A DNA stretch of 64,000 bases from Ascidiella aspersa (Eukaryota): positions 27,094,001-27,158,000 of the forward strand of contig OZ004613.1 in assembly GCA_963924565.1 (NCBI GenBank). The letters run 5' to 3'. The notes below the pieces were generated by a model, which saw only the letters and a list, made by a program, of their open reading frames with translations, did not search any database and was not told the origin of the DNA. Shown piece by piece: positions 51,174 through 64,000 of this stretch (the stretch's first letter is position 1; the number at the start of each line of letters is the position of its first letter). The position numbers and the translations under genes were made by a program.

Positions 51174-54100
51174 TAACGTGAGCCTTTTTAGGAACTTAGT
51201 TGCTGCGGGCCCTGTCCAAGAACAATATAGGATGGAAAGATAGTTTTTGTTTAATTTCCTAAATATTGTTTTTCACACATGTGTCCGAAGAGTATAGACT
51301 ATATAGGTGCAATCATTTCATTTCAAGAACAAAACATACTGTTACTGTAATCTGAGTTGGCAAGCTCATTCGACTGTGTTATACTATATTTTAGTCCAAT
51401 GTATATACTACTTATACCCCCTTAATGAGAAGGTTGAAAACGTGGAGACACCAACGAGACGCGATTTTCGTAAATTTGTTTCGGTATTTCTACATTCCGC
51501 CAGAGGTTCGTTTTATTTGATGCAATTACTTCAATTTAATACAGTTGGTGTTACTCAAAATATAACTTTACGGGTACATCATATTCGTATTTATTATATA
51601 GCCTTAATCATCTTCTGCAAAGAAGTTTGAACGCGACAAATTTTGAACGAATATTAATACCATATCCCCGAATAACTGGCGGTCGAATCGTGGCTCTTTT
51701 GAAAGAGTAGACTCTTAGCTATTAATCTATATGAGTCTGTTTAGGCGCGCACGCTATAATTTCAAGACGAATATGATTAAATATTTATGTTCATAAATGT
51801 GGATATTAGTATTTAATTTTTTTGATAAAAGGTTGATTGCTGCCCAAGTGAGATTGATTTGAGTAATGTGTAAAAATTTCTGATCGATGTCTTGTTTACT
51901 TCCGGAGATATGAAATTTCGAGCTGCATCTCTTTGGTTAGAAAAAGCGCGACTTTCAAAATTCGGTTTCTCCATGCGTTTCTACATTCTTGGAATGCGGC
52001 ACCTCACAGATGTGAGAACAGCGTGACACAACATCTCTCTGCAAAATCCACCGCTAATTGCGCGGCGGCAAAAAGAAAAATCGCGCCACCGCCAGGGGAT
52101 TAAATTTTCCGCATGAGGCCAGTTAGGTGCGCTTGGCGCCGGCCAAAGCCGATTTCGAATTTGCACGCACCGGAATTAATCGAATTAGCGGTTACATCTA
52201 ATGGGGTTAGAGTCGGCATAATTATTCTGATGTCGCTCGCATTGCTGAGGCTTATCGCGATAATTCCCTTATTATTTTTTGTGAGGAATACACGGAATAT
52301 ACGGAGTTGTCTGCCCGTCATGGTTTGATCTCAGATATCCACGCGTATGAAATGGTATTGATTGGTAGTTTGTTATTGATTTTAAAATAGCGAGATTTGT
52401 AAATATGTACAATATATAGCAAACTGAACATGTACTTTTTTGTCATTTTTCACCTTAGCTTACAGTTTTCAAAACTTAAATAAAAAATTGCGTGGGGAAC
52501 CACATGCAACATTTAAACGAATCACGGTCCCTCGCAATAAAACAATTAAAATAGGAAATCTTGACTACCTAATTAAATTCTGATGTACAATTAAAAAAAA
52601 CAGTAAATAAATTGATAAAAAGTTTATTGCCTTTATTTGCTTCGCTTTTTTATATATGCCTGCCTCTTTTGAGTTATGTTTATGACTAACTCACGGAAAA
52701 CTACTTCGAGGATCCAACTTGAAAAAACCAATTCTTTAGGAGAACAATGTTTCTAAATGGACGTATTCATTTAATTCTAAATAGGGTAATCAGGTGGTAC
52801 TATATAAAAACAAATTGTATTGAATTTTCGACAAGCTTTTGCACAACCGTGATTTCTTTTATCAAAGTATAGAAAACAATTTTTTTGTACTTGACCTGAC
52901 CTGATGAACGAAAGCTTGTGAGAATCTATAATACTTGTCTTAGGAGAACAATTTTTCGTTGTATCCAATTTTGGCCCGCACAAGGTTAAACAACGTTGGT
53001 TCCAAATAAACATAGCTAATGGCCAACCGCAATTCTCTTTTATTGCCAACTATGCAAAGCTGTTTTTTTACGATCGCGTAAATAGCTGTTTGTTTGTTTG
53101 ATCTGTGCCTTGTTAACTTTTAACAAATGTTTTACGCTTATTGAACAAATGCGATACAATTTAAAATTTAAACGCGCGTTTTTTTAAGGCGTGTCTGGCT
53201 AAAATTGGGATTAGGTAGCCACAATAAAATAAAATATTGGAAATTGGGACTTAATAGGAGATTTAACTTTGAGTTAAGGCATAGCAGACCAAGATTTAGG
53301 TAAAAAATAACACACAAAATTCTATATTGCAAGTGAGGTCCTAACAGCTAGCCAAAACCAAAATTGTGGTAATCCTATTCTGTGCTCTGCGGTAGGTTTA
53401 GTTCATAGTTAGTATTCCAGCTATAGGAAACTCTGTTGTCGCTTTTTCAATCCACTTTAAAAAATTACTCCAGATCATTATAAAACATGACAAATATCAG
53501 ACAAATATCAAAACGTGTTAAAAAACCATGGAAAGGGGGCACAACAAATGGAAGGTTGAGAACCACTGTTTGCAAACATTGTGCTACATTTGCCAACTAA
53601 ATTTGTCGTTCACATGTACAGAAAAATTGTGGTAGCCGTCAACTAAGAAAGTTTAAGAGGCGTGTATTTAGGATAAATGTCAAAGTATGGAGCAGTAATA
53701 TATTAAAAAAACGAGTAAAACTAAGTGTTTATAAATTTATAAACCCGAGTAAAATACCGAATTTTCCGTGATCGACAAGCAGAAACCTGTTGTTAATTAT
53801 TTCGAATTCCGTAAAGAAGTATCCTGTTATAATTTATACAAAAAAGAAGCATGATTTTTAAAAATAATAACTGATTGTTGTTAATCGAAACCCACAACGC
53901 CCATATCCGTTTGTTGCAATACGGGAGCGATTTTCTCATTTCGGCCCAATAAACGTGACCATAGCCCGGAAAGGGTTAACTTCCTTTGCTAGTCGCCGCG
54001 CGTTTAAAGGCCTTTATCTCTCGCCATCGCAGCCGATAAAGTCATTTTCGGGGCGGGCTCATCGCAACGAAACTAAACCGCCAAGTTGCGAGACCTTCAA

Positions 54101-55635
54101 GCTACTTCTTGGAACTTTACAGTGCTCGAAATATTCGCCGTCTGCTACTTCTCTGGTACAGCAAAACCGAAACAGCGTATAGGATTAGAGATGTCTAATA
54201 ATATCCGAGCAATACCCGACTCAAAGTTGTAGTATGGGTACTCGTCCTATACTAGGTTGGTATCGGTGCCAAACCTATACTAAATTGATATATTAGCCAT
54301 GATTTGCTACCTATTGCATCATTTTCTACGTGACCAGATAAAGAGAAAGTAGTCGGTTAACAATTGCTTGTCATTATAGTTCTTCACGCTTAAGCCAATT
54401 TTGGTCTAATTACCTGAGAACAAAAAGCAACCTTGAAATTTAATTCTATCCATTTTATTTGAGTGGGCATAATAATGACCCCATTGATATCGGATGGGAT
54501 CGCAATATTGTTTTTTTTTTCATTTTTTGGTTCACAACCTATACCAGAATTAACAAAATTGTTGCTGGTTAAACCTAAACAAATTCATCATTATAGAGGT
54601 ACACATCAGCAAAACTATACCCTCTATAAAAAATAAATTTACCCAGCAGGTAAAAAAGTTCTGGTTCAGGAGATAGGCAAAGACTGCACATTTTTAGCCC
54701 TGCGCTAGGCAAAGCGATTGGTTGAACTTTACAGCAAATCAGACCCGAAATCAGCAAGAGATCGGCTGTTACAGCTTGCTGCTGCCATGTAGACTTGCAA
54801 CTTCGGGTCAAATTTGCGGTGCGAGCGCCTTCAGTGCAGCTGGGCGAACGACTCGGCGATAAGCATCGAAGGCGGGTGCAGAAAGTTCTGCTAGACGACT
54901 TAATTGCTGTCACTCTTCGACTGTTTACTCGACAATAACTGTTTCCGTGTATTGTAAAATATAGCCCATGCTCTCTTTTCAACACACTTTCGAACTCACT
55001 GCTTTTTACGGAGTTGTAGCAAAACAACGACAGCACACGATTTTTTTGGTTTGCGATTTTACAGAAGAGAAACGAGAATTTGTTCAGATAATTATTGACT
55101 AGCACGTGTAATCAGTTTTGCGTAATCAGAGTTCGAGTCTTGTGTTGACTGATATAAATAAAGGTTTACAAGTTTGGATACAAGAAGAACCTCTAAAATA
55201 TTAAAACTATAGGCTTTGTGTCGAAACGCTGTAATTTCTAACCAACAAAATATATGATTTGACGTAAATATATAGCAAGTGTAATGCGTTACTTGCAGAA
55301 CAACGGCAATTCAAAGGCGATATTCGTTTCGAGCCCTAGTATAAGTATGCATGCGTGGATGGTGTCACACTTGACGGCACAAGTTCCACTCCATGAATTG
55401 CAACTAAACAAATATAACAACAGGCTATAGCCGCTCTAAGGATCAACGCAAACTTGATCGGACATTCAACACTTGCAAAGTTTCAATTTTTGCGTAAAAA
55501 CGATTAACAACAGAAGTGTACGAAAAAAGCGGTAAACACCTCTTTGCGCCATTGTGTGACGTCATGATCAGAATAAATTCATGCCGCACTGAGAGACCAT
55601 TTCGTTTAAAACCTGGTTCATCATAAGTTCACTGG

Positions 55636-56430
55636 GGCGAGTATAGTAGTTTAACTGCGTCATTAGCAAGTAATTATTTAACTGATTCATGGGCGAGTAA
55701 TTTTTTAACTCAGCCATTAGCGGGTGCTAATTTAACTGAGTTATTGGCGAGTTCTAAACTAACTCAGATGTGGGCGAGTACTAATTCAACTGAGTAACTG
55801 TCGAGTATAGTTTAATTGAATAATAGGCAAGTAGTAGTCCAACCTAATCAATAGCAACTCGAGTTTACTGGGTCATGGTGATTAATATAGTATAACTAAG
55901 GTATTATCGAGTTATATTTTATTTAATTCATAGGCGAGTAGTATTGTAACTCAGCGAGTAGTATTGTAACTCAGCCATTAGCGGGTACTAATTTAACTTA
56001 GTTATGGCCGAGTACTAATTTTACTGAGTAACTGTCGAGTAATAGCCTAATTCTGTGGTTCCCAAACTTTTTTGACTCGCGGCACACCAAAAATATTTCA
56101 AATATTTCGCGACACACTTTTAACAGAACAACAATAGAGTAATTTAACAATCGCCCTTAACACACGACAAACTATATATGTAAATGTGTCAAACTATATA
56201 TGTAAATGTGTAAGTAATATTATAACTCAGCAATTGGCGAGTACCAATTTATTTTAACTCAGTAATTGGCGAGTACTAGTTTACCTAAGTTACTAGCAAA
56301 TAATAGTTTAACTAAATCTTACGCGAGTAGTATTTTAACACAACCATTAACTTTAAGCCCTTATTTAACTGAGTAATTAAACTGGTATAGCGAGTAGTAG
56401 TTTAACTGGGTGAGTAGCGAGTAGCCATTT
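55636..56430. repeat. Degenerate 27-bp minisatellite interrupted by a hAT-like fragment (about 56053-56210)
   Basis: Unit GGCGAGTAnTAnTTTAACTnAGnnATT, more than 20 diverged copies; the insert begins CTGTGGTTCCCAAACTTTTT. Confidence 0.8.
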
Positions 56431-59400
56431 CTCACAAGAATCCCATCGCTGCAGTGTAAACAAAACAGCTTTGCCTTACCTGGCCAAATCTGGACGATAA
56501 CATCGGGCACGCTTAAGTTTGTGTGTGTTACCAGCAACCGTGGTAAACGTGAGTTACTGCCTGACAACATCAAGGCTCTGTTTATTTGCTCACACTACAT
56601 AGCTGTGACGCAACAGGATGCCTTTATCAGCTGCTGTCACAATGAGTTGGCCTGTTGTACTAGTGATATCCTGCCTGCAATATTTTATCAGTTTTTCCTT
56701 TGAGCAAACTTTTACGGTTTGGTAAAATGTTACAATCGCCCAAGACGCCCACGTGATAAGCAACACTTTAAAAGGCGTTACGTCATTCTTTGGTTTTGAG
56801 ATTTGCTGCATTTTAGCGGCGGTTTTCAATCATTTCTGACCATGTACCCTCTATAGTAGTGCTTCCCAACCCATGGGCCGCTGTTTGATTTGATTGGGTC
56901 GCCGACTGCAGATAGTTCGCATGGTTGGATTTATAAAGATTGGTTCTGAGCAAGATTTCTTCTCAATTTGAGAAAAATACAGAAAAAGACATCGCTCATA
57001 ATAATTTAATTCTGACTTATTTATGCTATTATCTTATTAGTGTTTTGTTCCCTTTAAACAAAATCTTAAGAACTGGAATAGGGTCAACGACGCTTTGCTG
57101 TTGTACTTCCGCTTAGTATTATGGTCGCCACGAAAAAACTGCTCTATAGTTAATTTTGTCTCTCCCTGCGTCACAAATGCCTTAAAGAGAAATTGATAAA
57201 ATATACCTAAATATACCAAGCAAATTTGTGAAATAAAACCTCGACTTCAGGGTTAGCCGCAGATTTTAGGTCGGTGTAATGTGGCAATGGGAGAAAATAC
57301 CTTGAGACAGACGCAATAAAGTTACACTTTTACTTCCAAACTGCACATAAGACACGAAAGCTACTGGCGTACCCCCTGAAAACCCAGGTCTAGAACCACT
57401 GTTTCATAGTCTGACAAAGCAGCATTGTTGTTTTTAATATAACGCAACCGCAAGACGACAAACATTCCAGTTTCGTGAGACAACTTGGGATCATATGTGC
57501 GCGGTTCGGTTCCACGTTCGTTACACTTCAAATTGGAATCGCAATTTCCTCGCCATCACCACAAACTTGACAAACCATAAGTCATTTCAAACTTTAGTAT
57601 CCAACCAATTTTGACAAATGTTTTACTTTCATTTGGTGTTCGTGTCATTTCGCTGAATTCAAATAGGCAAGGGGTTTCCAAACTGTGGTCCGTGTACCCC
57701 TTGGGGGTTACGTGGACTAGTTTTCTGTCCACGAAGACATAATTGAATATTGGTGTGGTTTTTGAAAAGTTGAATGAATTTTTAAAAGAAAAAAATGTTA
57801 ATTGAAAAAAACTCTTGGGCACCTTCTTTTTAATGTGTTTATGCTTTATTTTGAATTTCACATTTTTAGGACCGAAAGCAGCAGTTATTATTTACGTTTT
57901 CTTGTTTTATGACGTCATCTCTAAACGTTTTATGCCGACCTGACCAAAATGTCCACGCGAACCCAAATGTTTTTTTCGTATTTTAAAGGGCAAGTAAGCT
58001 TAAGAACTCCTAAAATAGACTAAACGTTTTTTATTTATTTCTGTGAACGGCGTTAAACCAATTCTTTGAATCTCCACCAAAAGACAACGAAAGACTTTGT
58101 CCCGAAACGAGTCGAAGAAATTAATTTTCTGCAAACCCCGGTTTACACAACATACTCGAACCGTCAAGGCACGGTGTTCATGCTGATGTTTTGACGCACA
58201 CCGCATCTCATTGCCGTCATCGTAACTTGACTGTCGACATTTCGCCTGTGTTTCCGTAGAACTGTTGCCGTTATGTCGAACACGCAGTCAGGTACCTCGA
58301 ACTAATATTGACACAAAACGCGTCTTCCGCGCGCTTTTGTTTGACAGGTTACAAAGCCAAGAGCACTTGTGACTTTAAACTACTGCGTACATGCTGGCCT
58401 TGTCTGATCGGCAAAATAACGGGCTAAATTTGCACCCGCGACACATACTATAGGTAGATTAGCTAACAACTTTAATAAATTTACGGCCAAACATTACACA
58501 TTTTATAAGTAATAAGCGGCGCCCAATGGTAGTGTGAAGTTTGAGCCCCTATGTGTTTTAACAGAAAAATAGCGAATATTTCAATCCAAAAAGTCGAAGT
58601 AAGGCAAAGTGTCCTTTAGGCTACGATATCAATATAGTGTGTATAGCCTAAACTTTTTATTTAATCTTTATTTGATTTTCAAAATGTAAAAGCGTAATTA
58701 ATTATGCGCCAAGTATATTTTAATATTTTTCTGTACAGGCAGCGTTTTTCCAGCCCAAATGCACAACAATGCAATTTTAACCCAAATAAATGCAATTTTA
58801 TAAAAAAAGATGCAAATTCAACCCAAACTGTATAAACGCAATTTTAACCCAAGCACCTATTACGGGGATTACATGATTGCGGTTTCTCCACAACAAATAG
58901 CCGTTCGTTTTTTTATCAAAAAATCACGTCCGACCACCGCAGCGCTTGTTTATTGACATAACAGTCGCAAACAAAACAGATTGCTGCGTAGTATATGGAA
59001 ACAGCGCTACGCGGCGGCCGCATACCCGCGTAATTAATCGAAATCGTGACCACGTTTTGTGATGCTCAAAACGGCGAACTAATTGGTCTTTGGTGTCACA
59101 ATAATGCTTCAGTCAACGGAGGAATAGGTAAGCGTCAATCAGTTCAATAAATGCTGTGCTATCGCATTTTGACAATGTTGTAAACAAGTCATTTAGAAAG
59201 ACGTAAGCCGCATTCAAGTCATTCGTAAAATCAAGTCCCAGTCAAGGCACTTAGAGTAAGTCAACTTCAAGTCAAGTCCTTTCAAAAAACTACCAATTCT
59301 GGTAATCTCGACGATTATGAGCAATATCTCAAGTAAAAAATAAAATAAACGCAACATATAGGAAGCAAATTGTTTTATGCGCAAAAATTTTGACAAATAA

Positions 59401-59987
59401 CTCAAATTTAATGAAAAGTTGTTTACTTAAAACAATTCTTAAACCATCGACTCGATTTCTTTTATATGACGTAATCCATAACGTGTTCAATCTAGGTTTA
59501 CTATGATGTAATATTGGGTTGTTTGACTCTCCCAAGCCCAAACGACGTATTTTGCTAATCCTGAGTTTTTTCGGAACCGTGTGCTTTGAAATAGGCTTTG
59601 AAAACTTCACGCACTTGACCGTAGAACAACAACCTCTGAGGCTCAACCACGACAACGAAAAATCCCGATACTAAACGGGAGACAGATCACTAAAACCACA
59701 CACAGACCGACCGCTTCTATGCGGTTTCCCTGTTTATGCTCACAAGTTCAATTTTAGCTAATTTCCGACTTTTAATAATAATACGCACGAATTTTTTTTT
59801 CCTAATTGTTCTGAAGGTTTAATTCATGAGAAAAACTTTTAAAAGTATATTTAAAAAAAAAAATTAAAAGTCCTAAATTCCTTACTGGGTGTCCCTGGGG
59901 AAGTTGTAAATGCTTTAAGCAACATTTTTAACATCTACCTGTATTAAAGCAATGAACGACTTTGAACTACAAAAAAAACATTGTACG

Positions 59988-60032
59988 ATATGTGGAGTGG
60001 TCGAGGTTGTGAGTTCGAACCTCGCGCGCTAT
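59988..60032 (+). mobile_element. Possible tRNA-derived SINE head fragment
   Basis: A-box-like TGTGGAGTGGTC and B-box GAGGTTGTGAGTTCGAACCTC with a short stem; no full cloverleaf. Confidence 0.3.
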
Positions 60033-60560
60033 GCTTTTTCATTGGTCAATGCTTTGCTTGCAATTAAAATCCTTCACAGCCAACTGATTCTCCACTAACG
60101 CTATATCTAGACTATATCCGTTGTTCTAATGATGGAGATTCGTCATCGTTGTCCAATGTGACTTATAAACTAGCTGATTAAACTCAATAATGTTCATTTG
60201 TAGGGGTGTCCAATACTTGACATTTTATTCCAAAAGAGATAACCGATATATTAAGTCTCGCGATCCGGTCCAATACCAAATTACGTCATTTCCATGCTCA
60301 AACAAGTAAAATGGATAAAATTGAAACGTTCAAAGGTATTTTTTAGGTTATTAGACCCAAATTTACTTTAGCTTTAAGAAGTTTAGTTACCTCCAGTTGT
60401 TAACCTACTATATTTTAATATTTTACTTTTCAAGTAAGAAATCACTTCGTTGGACAGGAAATCAGGGATAATATTAGTTTGGAGTTGTAAAACAAAGGGA
60501 AATATTGTTCTTTAATACACTGTATTTTGCGGGGTTCACAGAAGTAGAGATCCTTATACA

Positions 60561-60963
60561 TAGTGATGGGTAGACAAAATACCGCGTGTTGAAAACAAAA
60601 GTCCCAGTCAAGTCATAATTAGGGCAAGAAAATTGCAAGTCAAGTCCTTGTTATAAAAATAAACCCCAAACTAGTAAATTGGTTAACTTGTTGATTGTGA
60701 GCAATAAGCCAATAACTCAACAAAATAATAGCAAAAACACATCCTATAGCAAGGAAATTCTTTTATGTGCAAAAATTACGATAAATAACCTAATTTTATA
60801 GCAAAAATGCTTAATGAAAACAATTCATTTCAACCCAAGTCATTAGTCTAAAAGACTTAAGTCAAGTTAAGTCATTTTCCCAAAAGACTCGAGTCACGTC
60901 TGTTGAAAACAATGACTAAAGTGCCCTTTAGTCAAGTCATTGACTTAAGTTAGTACAACACTG
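60561..60963. mobile_element. Family D MITE (AAGTCAAGTC-rich); related copy at about 59175-59450
   Basis: Shared AAGTCCCAGTCAAG, CAAGTCAAGTCCTT and AAATT.TTTTATG.GCAAAAATT segments; ends GTACAACACTG. Confidence 0.65.
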
Positions 60964-61595
60964 GAGATAACTCACTATATAAGGAATGTCTTTCGGCTCT
61001 CCTGGAATATTTTAACTGTGCTGGTGCAGAGAAAACAAACGTAACGAACCACGCAATCGTGAAATTCGACACTAATGAAGATATCCATCTATTTTCCAGC
61101 GGCAAACAGCATTCCGTCATATTTGCAATACACTCGCGTACGGCAAACACGAATCACCTTTACACAAGATCTTTGCGGGCACGTTTTCCAGCTAATTTAA
61201 CCTAATTACGTCATTATGGGAAGTGTGGACTTAGGAATTAAGTCGTCCAGTGGCTGGAAATGTTTGCTTTTCCCACTTTAAGATGACAAGGAGCAGCTAA
61301 AAGCTTTCTGTTGAGTTTACCGGCTAATCGTCTTAATTGCTCGTGGAACAAAAGGCTTCTCGTTTCTCCTGTGTATGCTTTTGCAATCCCTTTGAACTCT
61401 GAAGGTGCCAATTGCCTGTTTTGCATTTATATATCTACTCATAAAGTTCCGTCGTCGGCGCTTTCCTTTTAAGGTGAATTTGATTATGTGGTTAGGAACT
61501 TTTAGTACCATAAAGTAAAATTATGGTCATCCCCCCACACATTAAAATTAAAGTACTAACTCTTTATCCATTTTTATATTTAATAATATTTGCTG

Positions 61596-62075
61596 TTGGC
61601 CTATCGTCGTTTTGAATTTCGCATCAATTTAAACGCCTAACTACGTTCTCTATCTACTATGATGCAACTTTCTTGGGTTTAACTTTTGTATGGCCACACT
61701 TATAACAATCTTCAAGCTTAAATGAACTCGCTCAGCGAAAAATAATTACACTGAAAATACACTGACTCACCAACCAAAAAAATGAAATATACATAGTTAA
61801 AAAATACTTATCTAGAGAATTCAAACAACATATTTTTAAAATTAGTCTAAAGCATTTTTGTTCCATTAAATATTCTAACCTTTGGCCTATCGTCGTTTTG
61901 AATCTGCTTTAATTCAAACACCAAACAATGTGCTCTATTTACTCTTATACCTTACACACCTTTCCTTGGTTTAACTTTTGTATGACAACACTTATAACAA
62001 TCTACAAGCTTTAAAGGACTCTGTCAGCAAAAAAATAATATACAGGCCTACACTTAAATACAATGACTCACCAAC
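61596..62075. repeat. Two-copy direct duplication, period about 286 bp
   Basis: TTGGCCTATCGTCGTTTTGAAT, GGTTTAACTTTTGTATG..ACACTTATAACAATCT.CAAGCTT and TGACTCACCAAC each occur twice. Confidence 0.85.
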
Positions 62076-63130
62076 TTTTCCATATTCTAATCGAAGTTTT
62101 AAATCCCATTTTCGATTGTGGCTTCCAATTAGCTTGGTAACCTTTCGGCATACAAATCGCCAATTCCGAACCTGTGCTGCATCATTACGATCCCTTTAAC
62201 GTCGCGTTGAACCCGACTTGATACGATACGCTGTCCGTCGCGTCGCTCGTAAACGACATAGGTGCGAACTAATTGCACGTTGTCGGACGATTAAGTTCCA
62301 CACTGGTTCGAACTTGCACTGCAATTAACATTCCCAGGACGACCAGACCCGATAATTCGCGGCGGAGATGTGGTTTTTGCTTTGCGCCTTTGCTAGGCCG
62401 ATGGAGTAGTGAAAAACTACTGCGTGCGTTCAAAGCGACAATGACATGCAACAAATGTAAGCACAGCTTTTCCATGGCTAATATTTTTACCTATAGGAGA
62501 TACCTGCACTATACACAGTTATCTGCAAATGTCAAGGCGATTTTTATTAGGTTGCGTTATGATACACAAAACATTAAAAATTCAACGAAAATAATTAAAG
62601 AAACATTGGAAAATTAAAATAAAGTCCTGTAGAAGATTCATACGTACCATTTTTGGAAGCTTAAAAAACTATTTAAAAAATATGTGGAAAAGATATCAAA
62701 GCACATACAGAAGTGGGCAGCATATTGGAAGTTTCGAATATTCATAGAGATTTATTCATATCTCTTGATTATCCGAAAAAATGGATTTATATTGAAAGTA
62801 TTTGTTTAAAAACTCGTCAGATTTTAACCGAAAAGCTTGTACCGTGTTTTAAGGAACAGCAATCGCTTTTCTTTTTTTCCGTCGTCGTTTTCAGACCCCA
62901 CTTGCGCTAAATCAGTGCGCGGAAAAAACTACGCGCGGCAAGTTGTCTGCGCCGCGTTTAATCTATTGTGTTTCGCGTGTCGGGCACTTGGCTTTGGCGC
63001 ATTATGCCCGCGATAATTGGCGGCCTTAAAGTGGGCCAAGGTGTGCTAAGTACGCGCTTGCCGTCCGTAGCGTACACCTCACTATACGCTTAAGGCGCCC
63101 TGGGTTTTACTAACGCATTGCCTGTGAACT

Positions 63131-63489
63131 AAAGGGAAGCACGCCGCTCGAAATTTTATCGTTTAATATCCCCGGAAGTAAACAAGTTATCCATCAGAAA
63201 TTTTTACACATTACCCAAAGCAATCTAACTTAGCCAGCAGTCAGACTTCTATAAAGAAAGTAAAATATTAATAATTATTTTTATAAAAGTATGAACATGA
63301 ATATTTTTTTGATGAAAGTTTGATTGCTGGCTAAGTAATATTCATGAATAATTTTAATATTTTTTATGAATGTCTGATTGCTGGCTAAGTTACATTGCTT
63401 CTTGAGTAATTTGTAAAAATTTCTGATCGATATTTTGTTTCTTTCCGGAAATATTACACGATGAAGTTTTAAGCTGTTTGCTTGTCTTT
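63131..63489. mobile_element. Foldback family C MITE; right-arm fragments at about 21408-21480 and 51815-51930
   Basis: GCTCGAAATTTT..CCGGAAGTAAACAAG..ATCAGAAATTTTTACACATTAC versus GTAATTTGTAAAAATTTCTGATCGAT...TTCCGGAAATATT; the same arm occurs at the two other loci. Confidence 0.75.
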
Positions 63490-64000
63490 GGTTGTTTGAG
63501 TGAAGTGTGAAGTTCAGTGACTTAGCTTTGGCTTTTCCTTTAACTCGCCAATGCCTTTAATTAGCTGTTAGTAATTTGTGACTTTTCCAATCGCTTTAAT
63601 CCAGCAGAGAAGGTAAATTCTACTCGAAATGATTAAGACTCTATATATACACGTGAAACCCTATTTGCCTACACTTTTTCTACTACAGTATGACATCTTG
63701 TAAAAAACAAACATGTTTTAAAAACTAATATACCTGGACTAAAATGGCTGTGTAAACACTGCTACCACACTTTGTTATAATACGGTATAAATGGATCCGG
63801 CGAACTACTCGCCGTATTTATTGATCGGTGTGGAATCACTCCTCAACACGTTTTTAAATGGGGTCCACAGAGACAGCAGTTAAGTCAAATTATTGTATAT
63901 ACAGCTGACAGTGATTTTTGACGTTAGGGTGAAGTTCGTTTATCGCGATGTAAGTCCAATAATTAGTTTCTTAAAACAAAGTAAGGTATTTTTAGAAAGG

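Noticed and set aside
55636-56430. CRISPR-like array
   Set aside because: Units are contiguous and degenerate with no unique spacers, there are no cas genes, and the context is eukaryotic.
58164-58185. miR-124-like word (CAAGGCACGGTG)
   Set aside because: Only a partial seed match with no evident hairpin.
59988-60032. tRNA gene
   Set aside because: It has a B-box but no acceptor or anticodon stems; at most a SINE fragment, and it also partly resembles the family A tail.
19197-62910. The many 60-176 aa ORFs in the upstream region
   Set aside because: No recognisable domains and no convincing chain of splice sites; they mostly overlap GC-rich islands or repeats where stops are rare. Small exons of an unseen gene cannot be fully excluded.

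Overview
Eukaryotic (animal) genomic DNA, AT-rich but with CpG retained. It is probably a tunicate/ascidian, inferred from the divergent chordate-type netrin and abundant TGACGTCA/TTACGTCA words; this is not proven. The one well-supported gene is a minus-strand netrin (laminin-gamma/netrin-1 class). I reconstructed three coding exons with GT-AG, phase-1 junctions: 18888-17670 (signal peptide, LN/domain VI, LE1), 6290-6108 (LE2) and 783-634 (LE3). The ORF track misses the last two, and the NTR/C345C exons must lie left of base 1. About 45 kb upstream (19-64 kb) is a gene desert. In it, short GC/CpG-rich blocks (candidate enhancers) alternate roughly every 1-1.5 kb with AT-rich spacers filled by MITEs (hAT elements with 8-bp TSDs, foldback palindromes) and minisatellites. 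Best leads: (1) the netrin looks like a netrin/laminin-gamma mosaic, having lost both Cys of the netrin-1 LN disulfide and most of the LE2 Arg cluster, and carrying a long LN insertion; (2) a possible LaNt-like truncated isoform from read-through into an intronic minisatellite; (3) the island/spacer regulatory architecture with bZIP-motif enrichment. No CRISPR, rRNA, tRNA gene or prokaryotic system is supported.
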